Below, one piece after another: positions 10,901-23,969 of a stretch of 64,000 bases of DNA. The stretch's first letter is position 1. Every line of letters begins with the position of its first letter. Both the position numbers and the translations under genes were made by a program. The notes under the pieces were generated by a model. That model was given only the letters and a program-made list of their open reading frames with translations, made no database searches and was not told the DNA's origin. The stretch is from Haplodiscus bocki (Eukaryota). The DNA is taken from positions 87,792,001-87,856,000 of the forward strand of contig OZ296649.1 in NCBI GenBank assembly GCA_965655095.1. Reading direction: 5' to 3'.

Positions 10901-13900
10901 AAGGTGCAAGAAGAAAGCAATGCAAGTGGATTCTGATTACTTACAGGAATCGAGCTCAACGGAAAGTGAAATAGGTTCTGGCTGTGACGAATTTACAACG
11001 GACGTGGACCACAGTCCCTCCGAGCTTGGAAACTCAACCAAAGGCTTGGTCCCTCAACAACAGGGAAAAAGCAAAAAGTATATTGCGATCGTTTTTGAAT
11101 GTTTTCACTGCCTAAATTCTTATGTTTCGAAAGTTTATTCTGTGATGGCTAGAAGAAAAAGTAAACATGCTGTACAAATTAAGAAAGAGGACTCGCAAAA
11201 AAATTACCGGAAAAATCGATTTCGCAAAGAAATATTTTTCGATCGCTAATGAATGTTTTCACTGCAAATTTTTTTTTGTTTTCTGAAACTTCGTTCTTTG
11301 ATGCCTAGAAGGAAGACTAAACATCCTGTACAAATTAAGAAAACGGGCTGTCAAAAAAAGCTGAGGGTGAGTAATAAAAAGCACAAAATTAACGTTTTCG
11401 TTCTACAAGTTCCCCAAATGAATTCGAAAGTGTTTGTTTGTGATTTCTGTTGCCGCATGGTTTGTCACAAAAAAATACACAACAAGAGCATTAAGCGCCA
11501 CGTCCAGAGAAATCAACAGCAAATCTGGAAAAACAACGTTGTCGATGTTGTGGTCAAATTGTCGCTCTTTTTCTCCAGAGAGCAGAGGGGCAAAAAGTAT
11601 GTGTGCGCAGTTGAAGACTGCCTGAAAACAACTTCTAGAAAAAAGGAGCACCGGTGCCACTTGCAGGACCTTGTGCTGGTCAAAAAGAGAAGTGACCTGC
11701 CTCTGAACATCTCCAATATAATTTTCCCACCACCAATAGACGGTGAGATGCTAAATTGCTTCACTATGTTTTGCAAATTTGGAAGACAACAGATGTGTAG
11801 AAGACTTAGTTATAATTTTTTTCTTCTGAAACAACAGGACTTTAAAATCGAAATAAATATGTGTTGTTTTCCAGACGCCTCCAATGAGTTTGGGAAGTTT
11901 ACAAATTGGGGAGTTTGGGAATTGGGCAAATTGCCGACTTTAGAAAAATCATTGACGGCTACATTGCCAACCGAACTCAACTCTTCAAGCGCGGTGCTGA
12001 ACGTTATAACGAGAAGGCGCTCAACCTGCAGGTCAAGAGGATTAAGGAGTTCATCTTGGCATCGGATGAACTCACCAATGCCTCAGTTTTCCCCGTTTTC
12101 TTGGCCAGCCTTCAAAATGTGCACGCGCCCAAAAGCTGTCAAAACGTAGCCAACAATATCAAAGAGTTCCTGAACTTGGTTGAGCGTTTTGGGTCTGACG
12201 GACCAGGAATGAGGACAGCAGTCGAACCTGAAAGCATTAAGGCACAACTTACCCCCTATAAGCAAACTCTCGATAAACCTGCCCGCCAGTGGCGGAACAC
12301 CCAAGTCCTGCTTGATTTTCAAGGAATGCCTTCTCAGACTGAGCTGAAGGAAGTACGATCAAAAGTCATCAACTTGACTGAAACTTTGATAGAAAAGGGC
12401 TTGAACAGAGGACATTTAGTAGATGAGGACTTTTGATGCTTCTGAAGGGTTTGGTCTGCCTTGTGGTAATGAGAAACGCATGCAGAGTTTCCTCTGGAAT
12501 TTACATCAAGAACGAGCATTACATGTTTCGTTGTAAAGGCCCACAATGGAAGAACTATAAAAGTCCACTCTGCCCTCCGAACCAGATTGTGAGGAAACCG
12601 TAAGATTTTTCGAACTAACTTTTTGCCATTAATGATATTGAACAACTTGCCACCAGTTGCTTATTGCAAAATCAGTTTTTGGGCAAACTTAGGTCTCGAA
12701 CACGGGAAATTGTTTATGGGGGAGTTTTTTACGAAAAGAGACAGTTTTGTGTCAGGGAAAGTCACTGAGCAAATTCAAACGTAACGCAAAGTTTGAACAT
12801 TTTTTCAGTGATGAGAAGAAGTGGCAGGCAATTGAACGGTGGACAGAAGAAGGGAAGGAGAGCAATAAAAACTATGACACAGAAGCCCTAACTGTTCTCT
12901 CGCTCTCAACCGAAGAAGTTGCAATCTTCGACCGCTTCGCAAAACTTAAGAAAGAACTGGGACTGGGACGTTTGAAAAAAATATTACTTCAATTTTTTCA
13001 AAAACCCAGAAGGGAAGCGGCCTTACATTTCCCTTAAAAAATTCGATCGAGATCTCGGAAAGCAGTTAAATATTACAATCAGATTTAATTCAACCATCTT
13101 CCGAAAGAAAATGCAGACTCTTTGGAGTCAAAAAGTCCAGCATCCCAAGGACTTGCAGACGATTAATACTGCAATGGGCCAGGGTTGGTGGACGGGTTTG
13201 ATGCATTACACTTTCCAAAACAAATATACTGCCAGTGAATTCGTCTGTCAAACTGTGGAGCTGAACGTGAGTCCTTTTCCTCAGCGATAGAAAAAAATTA
13301 ACCAACTAGTTAAGGTAATTTGAGAAATAATAAAATATATTTTTTCTAGAATTATTTAATGGTATCTTACATTGTATACTAAATTTCCCAAAAAATTAAA
13401 TTAAAAAATAAGAAAGCAAAAAATTTGAAATATATGTTTTAGGACAATGACTATCTGCCGGAGATTGGCGGCCCTCAAACTTCCAGCTTACACAGAACCA
13501 TCACAACTGTAACTTAAAAGCTGACACTATAATTGATTAGCAAATATTCGATTTTTTTTTGTGTTCTCCAAAGTAATTATTTTTGTTCCAGAGCTCTGTC
13601 GCACCTCTTGAAAACTCTTCCGACGACTGTTCCGAAGATCAGTGCAGCAATGGCTCACAAAGTGAAGATCTGATGGTATTGCTTTTGTAAAAGAACAAAT
13701 GAAATTTAGTTGAGCTTAAAGCCTTCGATACTACTATATTTTAGCAGGAAGATGAGACAACAGATTTTGGAACCGTACAGTCCACAGATCAAGTGGGTGT
13801 GATCGACTTTTCTGAAAAGTTTGCTCAAATTTTGGATCAGATATTGAATTTTCTGAACTTTTACACAATTCAACATCATAAATTGCTAACTGCACCAATT

Positions 13901-14425
13901 CCGGATTCAGAAAAGGAATGCTCGGAAAGTTCCGACGAGAGTGAAGAGGTTATACTTCGCTCATTTGATTTTGTTCTCCAGTTGAGTTGACGTCATTGAG
14001 AATTATCTTTTTTCCCAGAAAAAGCCCGCGCCAAAAAAGAGGAGATACTTCGGTGGCTCAAAGCAGAGTGTTCAAATGGAGGCCGAATTTACTTTGGTAC
14101 TGGTTTTAAATTTCACATTTACTGAAGTAAAATCTTCACTTATGGCTCATCATGTCTTCAAACTTTTTTGCAGATCAGTGAGTCAAGCGCAGCCCTGGCA
14201 ACTGAGTATTTGAAAAACAGAGGGAATTGAGGAAGAGAAACTGCCCCAATTCCAGATGAAATGATCGCGATGGTTGTGGACCTCCTCATGAAGGAATTGA
14301 GAAACGTGCACTTTATTCCGGGAGAGATCCAAAAAATCTATTTCAGAAACCACAAGTACGAAACACTGAGAAATCAACTAAGACTCCTCCGCATTTGGCG
14401 GGAGAGAGGTTACCAGTCCGGTTGA
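7931..14425 (+). pseudogene. Multi-exon SET-domain + tyrosine recombinase locus, copy 1 (one gene or two adjacent genes; frameshifted)
   Basis: Phase-compatible exons 7931-8015, 8218-8480 and 8560-8701, then ~8769-8880 (phase of this junction unresolved). They give SET motifs GYGLVATRFFEKGSFLLFYRG, IDASDEDSGPARFMNN and FTALRDINKGEELVYDY. A C-x4-C..HRCH zinc-finger-like motif lies at ~11600. YR motifs: NACR ~12475-12486, STIFRKK ~13091-13111, AMGQGWWTGLMHY ~13171-13209. Lesions include a small duplication at ~11900 and a missing T at ~12431. Last exon ends ..RERGYQSG* at 14425. Confidence 0.75.
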
Positions 14426-14939
14426 TTTGTACACGGATAACTGTGAAACCAAGAAAGAAACAATGATGTTGCTAGCGTATTATTTGAGAATTTTCAATAT
14501 TTTATGGACTTGTCGTATCTTGCTTTGTGATTTGTAAATTTTCATTAATATATAAACTTGTCGAACTTTGCCTTACCTTTCCATTGGAACAAAAAAAAAA
14601 TGAAAGCTCAGAAGAGAAAACAGAAAAGAACAGCGAGACAGAGAATAAAAAAAACAATCATTGCATTGCGTTCTTGCTGAGAGAAAAAAGAAATTGATAA
14701 GGAAGAAACAAAAAAAAATTGGGGCCCAGATAGCGTGTGTTCTCGTCGCGGCCCTGGGCATCATTCTTCTCAACAGTAGTGGCAAGACCGCTATCAATTT
14801 TTTCTTGTTTCGCTTTCATCCAGTTTCAATCTCAGGCAACTAACCGTTAATATTGCACTATGATATTAAGGATTAGACAAGTAATTATTCTTCCGTGCCT
14901 TCAAAATAGGTGTAGCAAAACTGAAAAGCTCATCTATAA

Positions 14940-16458
14940 GGGAGAAAAATACGTTCTCACCCAAAAACAAACGTCCGAGAAAAAGATTTTTTTCTTGGGG
15001 TTATCAGGGATTACTTGACTGAAACCTTTCGTAATTTTGCTGTACAGCTCCGATTAGGCTCAAACACACAGGATAGCCGCTTAATTCAACGCACAACGTG
15101 AAGGGGTTGCAATGATAGAAAAGCAACTTTATGAATAAAAAAAATTTCAGCCAAAAAAATGGGTCCTCAGGTCTGCACTTAAACGCTTCGCAACTTTACT
15201 GTATGACTTCGATGATGCTCAAACTCACAGAATAACCGCCCAAGTAGATCCGCAAGGTGTTGCGGCATTAAAAATGGCAACTTTACCAAAAACCAATTGC
15301 GTTTTGAGCCGGAAAACGTCAAAAAATGGGTTTTTTGGGGTTCTCACGTCTGCAATAAAACGCTTCGGATTATTACTGTCATACCCTGATTATGCTCAAA
15401 CTCACTGGCTAGCCGCTTAATTGGATGCGCAAGCTGTTGCGACAATAAAAAACAAACCCTTGTGAGAAGAAATTGCTTTATGAGCCGAAAAACTTCGAAA
15501 AAAAACTGGTTTTCTGGGGTCTACTGATATTACCCGAGTGAAACCCTTCGTAATCTCGCTGCACTGCTACGCTCACGCTCAAATTCACAAGATAGCCGCT
15601 AATTTGATAGTGAAACGTGTGCCAGCAATAAAAAAGGTAACTTACTGATCATTCACCTGGAAAAATTTGCAAAGAACGCTTTAGGGCTAAGCCGGTACCT
15701 ATTCGCTCCTTAAAAATGAATCTGCGCGCAAGACCGCAACAACGTCTAAACAACCTCAAAACCATAAATTGAGTAAATAGATCTTTTATAAAGATGTTCA
15801 GGTATATGCATGCAGACTTTCAGCTCAAAAACATCATTTTTCGTGACGTACGAAAGCTTCCAATTTGGACAAGTTGGCCCATTATGGGTCCTTTTGTAAA
15901 TGCGTGTTTTACCACATCTAAACCTCGCAATTGGGTGCTCTTACGCTCCGGAGACCTCTCACTAAAGATGTTGAAGGTGTTCCAAAGGGTTCAACATGTT
16001 TGAGTAGAAAAAAACTGCGTTTTGAGCCAAAATTCGTCAAAAAAGATGGGTTGTTTGGGGCACTAAGGTCTGCACTAAAACGCTTCGGAATTTCATCGTA
16101 TAACTCCGATGATGCTCAAACTGACAGGATAGCAACCCAAGTAGATGCGCAAGGTGTTGCAACAATAAAAAAGGCAACTTTATGGAGAAAAAAATTGCGT
16201 TTTGAGCCAAAAACCGTAAAAAAATGGGTTTTTCAGGGTATTCAGGTCTACACTAAGACGCTTCGGAATTGCACCGTATTACTCCGATGATGCTCAAACT
16301 CACAAGATAGCCAGTCAAGTAGATGCGCAAGGTGTTGCAACAATAAAAAGGCAATTTTATGCAGAAAAAAATTGCGTTCTGAGCCAAAAACCGTTAAAAA
16401 AATGGGTTTTTTGGGGTAATCAGGTCTACACTAAGACGCTTCGGAATTTCACCGTATT
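14940..16458. repeat. Satellite array S2 (same 179-bp family)
   Basis: Monomer and HOR spacer motifs present. 16090-16570 reproduces 2130-2610. Confidence 0.9.
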
Positions 16459-17122
16459 TCACTCTTTTGTTTAATCATAAGAAAGTACCCTAAAAGTTGT
16501 GCCTTATATCAAAATTTGAGGTCAAAATTTTACAAATTCAGCTTACACCGGCTCTCTGAATGTCACTCAATGTACAAAAGCTGTCAAAAAGAAATTCGTT
16601 GCAAAATACTTGACAAAAAGTATTAAATTCGTGAAAAAAAACAGCTGAAGCCAGTGTTCAAACTCTGTTATCTCGGAACTTTTGCGTCAACTTTTTCAGT
16701 AATTCGGAATTAGGCTAACCAGCTGGTTTTTTGCTTCCAACGCAAGTCCGGAGACTAGAACTAACGTGTGAGGACGCTTTTGGTACCCTACAAGAAAAAA
16801 GTGTATTGATTTCAACGTTTCAGAATTCAAAAAAAAATTAACTTTTTTTTTGGTTTTTTTCTGCAGTAATTGAGGAAAAATAGCTGTGAAAAGCAAAACG
16901 AAGAGAATAGCAGCAAACACGGACAAAAAGAAAAATGAAGTTTGACTTAGATCAGCGTTCAAATGAGCAAATGAGATTTAATGAAAAAAAATATGCGTCG
17001 AATCTGTTGGAAAATTATGGTGGAAGACATTCAAAAGCAGTGTTGTTTCCAGAGTTTCTGCTTGTCAAGCTTTACTGATCTCCAACTTGTGAAATCGAAA
17101 AACATCTGCACCAGCTATAATC

Positions 17123-20100
17123 ATGCCTCGTGAAAACTTCAAAGTTCTTCCCTATACCTCTGAAGAGTACTCCTTCAACGAAGTTGATGAGAACGATGAA
17201 CGCTGCGGTTAGGTCCAATTCCATTCCTTCTCTTCCGCCAATAAAGAGGAAAAGATTCTTTGGATGTTTTAAATTTCATTTCCATAAAAGGCAAACTATT
17301 TTAAGACCTCTTCAACTCTGAATTAACTGTAATGTTTACCAAAAGAATCACACGAAATGCTGAAATAGCTTCTGAAAAGAACATTTTTGGTTGTATGGAA
17401 ATCTTTAGGAGCCCCCCTTGTGGTACCACCCTCAAGGAACATGTCACCCGATGATGCCATCATCGACTCCGAGAAAAGATCCAAGCGCGGTCAAAAGAAT
17501 GTGGAGGAATAGCAATATCTGAACCAAGACCAGGAATGTTTTGAAAAAGCCTTCATTAGCCAGGAGAAAGGCTATGGACTGGTGGCAACGCGCTTCTTTG
17601 AGAAGGGCTCCTCTCTATTGTTTTACAGAGGACGACGGATCAGTAGACGCGAAGCTGACTTGAAAATAGCCGTAAGATTCGAGGAAGCTTTGATTTGATT
17701 ACTTTCGCAAAGCATATGAATAAAAACTGTTGCAAAAATGATTTTTTTAGGAGGGAAAAAACGAATACATCTATTCAGGTGAGAAGAGTAATCTTCTCAT
17801 TGATGCTTCCGATGAGGACTCTGGGCCTGCGCGTTTCATGAACAACGCAAATAAAAAAGCGCACGTGAAGGCTGGGCCATATAGAGATGGCGGTTAGTTT
17901 CATTTATCTAAATTATTTAAACTAGGAGTAAAAAACGTAAAATTATGTTTACGTTGTAGCTGGAGTTGAACGTGCGTTTCACAGCATTGCGCGACATAAA
18001 CAAGGGAGAAGAGTTGGTTTACGACTACAATGGCGTAGGTCTCTTTTGGCGAGTCAAGAACCAAAACAGGGTTTTTTGAATAAAATTACTGATTTGAAAT
18101 CTTTGATGAATTAATCATTCAAATATTCCAGGGATATCAAGCCAAAATATCTGGAAGTGTCCCAACCTGAAACGTAAATTTCCCCGTTTTTTAAATTATT
18201 AATGAAACATCGCAAGCAGTATCTTTCCAGACTGAACTTTTTCCAAGACTCCTATTCAAAGTACATGCGTCTTTAGTACTAAGTAAGTTTTCTCTTGCAG
18301 TCGAAATTACGAAAGCAAGTCGAAGTTCAACTCTTCGTGTGTTTTCTATTCCAGAGCCAAGGCGGTCCGAAAATTGATACGCGAAGACGGAGAAAGTTCC
18401 CAAGCAGAAAATGAAGAACGCTTTCAAATTTGCACTAAGAAAAAGCAATCATGCACAAGAAGCCCGTAAGCAAAATACTTTTCCGGATAAAACAGTATTA
18501 TAGAGCTGTCATATTCAATACTTTCTGTGTTTTAGGGGTTTTGCAGGACATAACCAACAATGAGAGCGAAAACTTCGTTGAAACTGTTTACCTTTCTGAC
18601 AGTTAGACATTTTTTTCTTTGACTGACCTGAAAAAGCAATTTGGTCACGAACGAGATTTTTTCCCCTTTTTAGCAAGTCTGCCGGAAGACAGTCTCTACA
18701 GAGTTCCAGATGAGCCCATGTCGAATGTGTTTTTTTGAAGTACAAGCGGCTATCGAAGGCAAGGACAAACTGATTGCTCAAAGACAGTTAAATTCCCAAC
18801 GGTAACAATCACTCATCTCTTTCCTTGCAAGGCAAAGCATGTAGAGACGCATCCTGATTTGCAGCCTGAAAAACCTCGAGAATGAACGTCGCAAGAAAAT
18901 GAAAGCTAGATCGGAAATGGGTTTTTCGCAACCCGAACCAACAACCGAAAACAATGCCAGAGCCAGGGAGGAAAGCGACTGCGAACAGTAAGTCACAAAA
19001 ACAAAATGTTACCTGGGAAAAATTGAAAATTTTAGAAAAAACCAGCACTCAATCGACAGACACACTCCGCCCCAACAACCTGTCAGCTTCTCTAGGCATA
19101 AGTAACCATTTCTGGTAGGCATTTTTGATTATAATGTTGCTAGAGACCAATACGTAAAAACGCCTTTTCTCCAGCGAACCTTCGAAATCAAAAAAGAGGC
19201 ACGAGATGTACAGCCCCTTCTTCATAGCGAGCACAGAAGATGAGCCAAAAATTCACAGCAAACGTGGTCAAAAGATGAAGCCACGACTAAAACAAGGGAA
19301 GTGTTTGCGAGTTTTCCAGAAGAAAAACTCCTGAAACTTACCGTCTCCAAACATAGAAAACAGGTTCTTTCGAATTTCGTTGAAAAGTTGATATTTTAAT
19401 AACAAACCCAATTAACAAAACGGATTTTTCCAGTCCACATGGACAAATTGCAACCTGCGACGCAGAACCCAAAACGCCAACTGCTCTGAAACAGCATATC
19501 AATCGGTTTGGTGTCTAAATTATCTAACGTATAATATTCTAAAGTTCTAAAGTTTCTATTTGAGATACAGTTGGTTTTTTTCACAGACCGCTTGCTGACG
19601 TGACGAATCATCCAGCCCTAGACAATGCTGCTGTCGATAGCCCGGAGTGAGTTTTTTAAATCATTATATTATATAACTCCCCTTCTAGCGACAGTTTGAA
19701 GCACTTTCACGATTTTTAAGATATGAGGACTTTGAGAGGGACAGGAGAGAGAAAGTGATGTCGAAAAAACCTTTGCCAGCTGAACTTCTCCCATTTCCCC
19801 AACTCAGTGAGAGTGAAGCCCTTCTTGATTGTGCCGAGTGAGTACTTATATCGACAAACTTCTTTTGATTCCAGCCAGAAGCAACATGAGTTGCACCAAA
19901 CCAAAATTTCGTTTCAGTTAGTCGCCGAATCCCAACATAACTCACTTGACGACAGAAGAATGGAGTGAAATGATGGAGAGGCTTACTTGCTTGCCAGTTG
20001 GGACAGAGAATAGGTTCGTGTGAAACGGAGTTAAACCTCGGAAAAATGAAGCTTTTCATCGGAAAGGCAAGCTGCAAATCTATTGTGCTTCAATTTTTTA

Positions 20101-23100
20101 AGGTCCAAGAAGAAAGCAATGCAAGTGGATTCTGAATACTTACAGGAATCGAGCTCAACGGAAAGTGAAATAAGTTCTGGCTGTGACGAATTTACAACGG
20201 ACGTGGACCACAGTCCCTCCGAGCTTGGAAACCCAACCAAAGGCTTGGTCCCTCAACAACAGGGAAAAAGCAAAAAGTATATTGCGATCGTTTTTGAAGG
20301 TTTTCACTGCCTAAATTCTTATGTCTCGAAAGTTTATTCTTTGATGGCTACAAGAAAAAGTAAATATGCAGTACAAATCAAGAAAGAGGACTTGCAAAAA
20401 AATTACCGGAAAAATCGATTTCTCAAAGAAATATTTTTCGATCGGTAATGAATGTTTTCACTGGAATTTTTTTGTTTTCTGAAACTTCGTTCTTTGATGC
20501 CTAGAAGCAAGACTAAACATCATGTACAAATTAAGAAAACGGGCTGTCAAAAAAAGCTGAGGGTGAGTATTAAAAACCACAAAATTAACGTTTTCATTCT
20601 ACAAGTTCCCCAAATGATTTCGAAAGTGTTTGTTTCAGTGATTTCTGTTGCCGCATGGTTTGTCACAAAAATACACAACAAGAGCATTAAGCGCCACGTC
20701 CAGAGAAATCAACAGCAAATCTGGAAAAACAACGTTGTCGATCTTGTGGTCAAGTTGTCGCTCTCTTTCTCCAGAGAGCAGAGGGGCAAAAAGTATGTGT
20801 GCGCAGTTGAAGACAGCCTGAAAACAACTTCCAGAAAAAAGGAGCACCGATGCCACCTGCAGGACCTTGTGCTGGTCAAAAAGAGAAGTGACCTGCCTCT
20901 GAACATCTCCAATATAATTTTCCTACCTCCAATAGACGATGAGATGCTAAATTGCTTCACTATGTTTTGCAACATTTGGAAGACAACAGACGTGTAGAAG
21001 ACTTAGTTATAATTTTTTTCTTCTGAAACAACAGGACTTTAAAATCGAAATAAATATGTGTTGTTTTCCAGACGCCTCCAATGAGTTTGGGAAGTTTGCG
21101 CAAATTGCCGACTTTAGAAAAATCATTGACGGCTACATTGCCAACCGAACTCAACTCTTCAAGCGCGGTGCTGAACGTTATAACGAGAAGGCGCTCAACC
21201 TGCAGGTCAAGAGGATTAAGGAGTTCATCTTGGCATCGGATGAACTCACCAATGCCTCAGTTTTCCCCGTTTTCTTGGCCAGCCTTCAAAATGTGCACGC
21301 GCCCAAAAGCTGTCAAAACGTAGCCAACAATATCAAAGAGTTCCTGAACTTGGTTGAGCGTTTTGGGTCTGACGGACCAGGAATGAGGACAGCAGTCGAA
21401 CCTGAAAGCATTAAGGCACAACTTACCCCCTATAAGCAAACTCTCGATAAACCTGCCCGCCAGTGGCGGAACACCCAAGTCCTGCTTGATTTTCAAGGAA
21501 TGCCTTCTCAGACTGAGCTGAAGGAAGTACGATCAAAAGTCATCAACTTGACTGAAACTTTGATAGAAAAGGGCTTGAACAGAGGACATTTAGTAGATGA
21601 GGACTTTTGATGCTTCTGAAGGGTTTGGTCTGCCTTGTGGTAATGAGAAACGCATGCAGAGTTTCCTCTGGAATTTACATCAAGAACGAGCATTACATGT
21701 TTCGTTGTAAAGGCCCACAATGGAAGAACTATAAAAGTCCACTCTGCCCTCCGAACCAGATTGTGAGGAAACCGTAAGATTTTTCGAACTAACTTTTTGC
21801 CATTAATGATATTGAACAACTTGCCACCAGTTGCTTATTGCAAAATCAGTTTTTGGGCAAACTTAGGTCTCGAACACGGGAAATTGTTTATGGGGGAGTT
21901 TTTTACGAAAAGAGACAGTTTTGTGTCAGGGAAAGTCACTGAGCAAATTCAAACGTAACGCAAAGTTTGAACATTTTTTCAGTGATGAGAAGAAGTGGCA
22001 GGCAATTGAACGGTGGACAGAAGAAGGGAAGGAGAGCAATAAAAACTATGACACAGAAGCCCTAACTGTTCTCTCGCTCTCAACCGAAGAAGTTGCAATC
22101 TTCGACCGCTTCGCAAAACTTAAGAAAGAACTGGGACTGGGACGTTTGAAAAAAATATTACTTCAATTTTTTCAAAAACCCAGAAGGGAAGCGGCCTTAC
22201 ATTTCCCTTAAAAAATTCGATCGAGATCTCGGAAAGCAGTTAAATATTACAATCAGATTTAATTCAACCATCTTCCGAAAGAAAATGCAGACTCTTTGGA
22301 GTCAAAAAGTCCAGCATCCCAAGGACTTGCAGACGATTAATACTGCAATGGGCCAGGGTTGGTGGACGGGTTTGATGCATTACACTTTCCAAAACAAATA
22401 TACTGCCAGTGAATTCGTCTGTCAAACTGTGGAGCTGAACGTGAGTCCTTTTCCTCAGCGATAGAAAAAAATTAACCAACTAGTTAAGGTAATTTGAGAA
22501 ATAATAAAATATATTTTTTCTAGAATTATTTAATGGTATCTTACATTGTATACTAAATTTCCCAAAAAATTAAATTAAAAAATAAGAAAGCAAAAAATTT
22601 GAAATATATGTTTTAGGACAATGACTATCTGCCGGAGATTGGCGGCCCTCAAACTTCCAGCTTACACAGAACCATCACAACTGTAACTTAAAAGCTGACA
22701 CTATAATTGATTAGCAAATATTCGATTTTTTTTTGTGTTCTCCAAAGTAATTATTTTTGTTCCAGAGCTCTGTCGCACCTCTTGAAAACTCTTCCGACGA
22801 CTGTTCCGAAGATCAGTGCAGCAATGGCTCACAAAGTGAAGATCTGATGGTATTGCTTTTGTAAAAGAACAAATGAAATTTAGTTGAGCTTAAAGCCTTC
22901 GATACTACTATATTTTAGCAGGAAGATGAGACAACAGATTTTGGAACCGTACAGTCCACAGATCAAGTGGGTGTGATCGACTTTTCTGAAAAGTTTGCTC
23001 AAATTTTGGATCAGATATTGAATTTTCTGAACTTTTACACAATTCAACATCATAAATTGCTAACTGCACCAATTCCGGATTCAGAAAAGGAATGCTCGGA

Positions 23101-23601
23101 AAGTTCCGACGAGAGTGAAGAGGTTATACTTCGCTCATTTGATTTTGTCCTCCAGTTGAGTTGACGTCATTGCGAATTATCTTTTTTCCCAGAAAAAGCC
23201 CGCGCCAAAAAAGAGGAGATACTTCGGTGGCTCAAAGCAGAATGTTCAAATGTAGGTCGAAGATACTTTGGTACTGGTTTTAAATTTCACATTTACTGAA
23301 GTAAAATCTTCACTTATGGCTCATCATGTCTTCAAACTTTTTTGCAGATCAGTGGGTCAAGCGCAGCCCTGGCAACTGAGTACTTGAAAAAGAGAGGGAA
23401 TTGAGGAAAAGAAACAGTGCCCCAATTCCAGATGAAATGATCGCGATGGTTGTGGACCTCCTCATGAAGGAATTGAGGAACGTGCACTTTAATCTGGGAG
23501 AGATCCACAAAATCTATTTCAGAAACCACAAGTACGAAACACTGAGAAATCAACTAAGACTCCTCCGCATTTGGCGGGAGAGAGGTTACAAGTCCGGTTG
23601 A
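17123..23601 (+). pseudogene. SET + tyrosine recombinase locus, copy 2
   Basis: Near-identical to copy 1. Has a TGG>TAG stop in the SET exon (~17510) and the same missing-T frameshift after VDEDF (~21605). Confidence 0.75.
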
Positions 23602-23969
23602 TTTGTACAGGGAAAACTGTGAAACCAAGAAAGAAAAAATGATGTTGCCAGCGTATTATTTGAGAATTTTCAAAATTTTATGAACTTGTCGTATCTTGCT
23701 TTGTCATTTGTAAATTTTCATTAATATATAAACTTGTCGAACTTTGCTTTACCTTTCCATTGAAACAAAAAAAATGAAAGCTCAGAAGAGAAAATTGTTC
23801 TCAACAGTGGTGGCAAGACCGCTATCAATTTTTTCTTGTTTCGCTTTCATCCAATTTCAATCTCAGGCAACTAACCGTTAAATTTGCACTATGATATAAA
23901 GGATTAGACAAGTAATTATTCTTCCGTGCCTTCAAAATAGGTTTAGCAAAACTGAAAAGTGCATCTATA

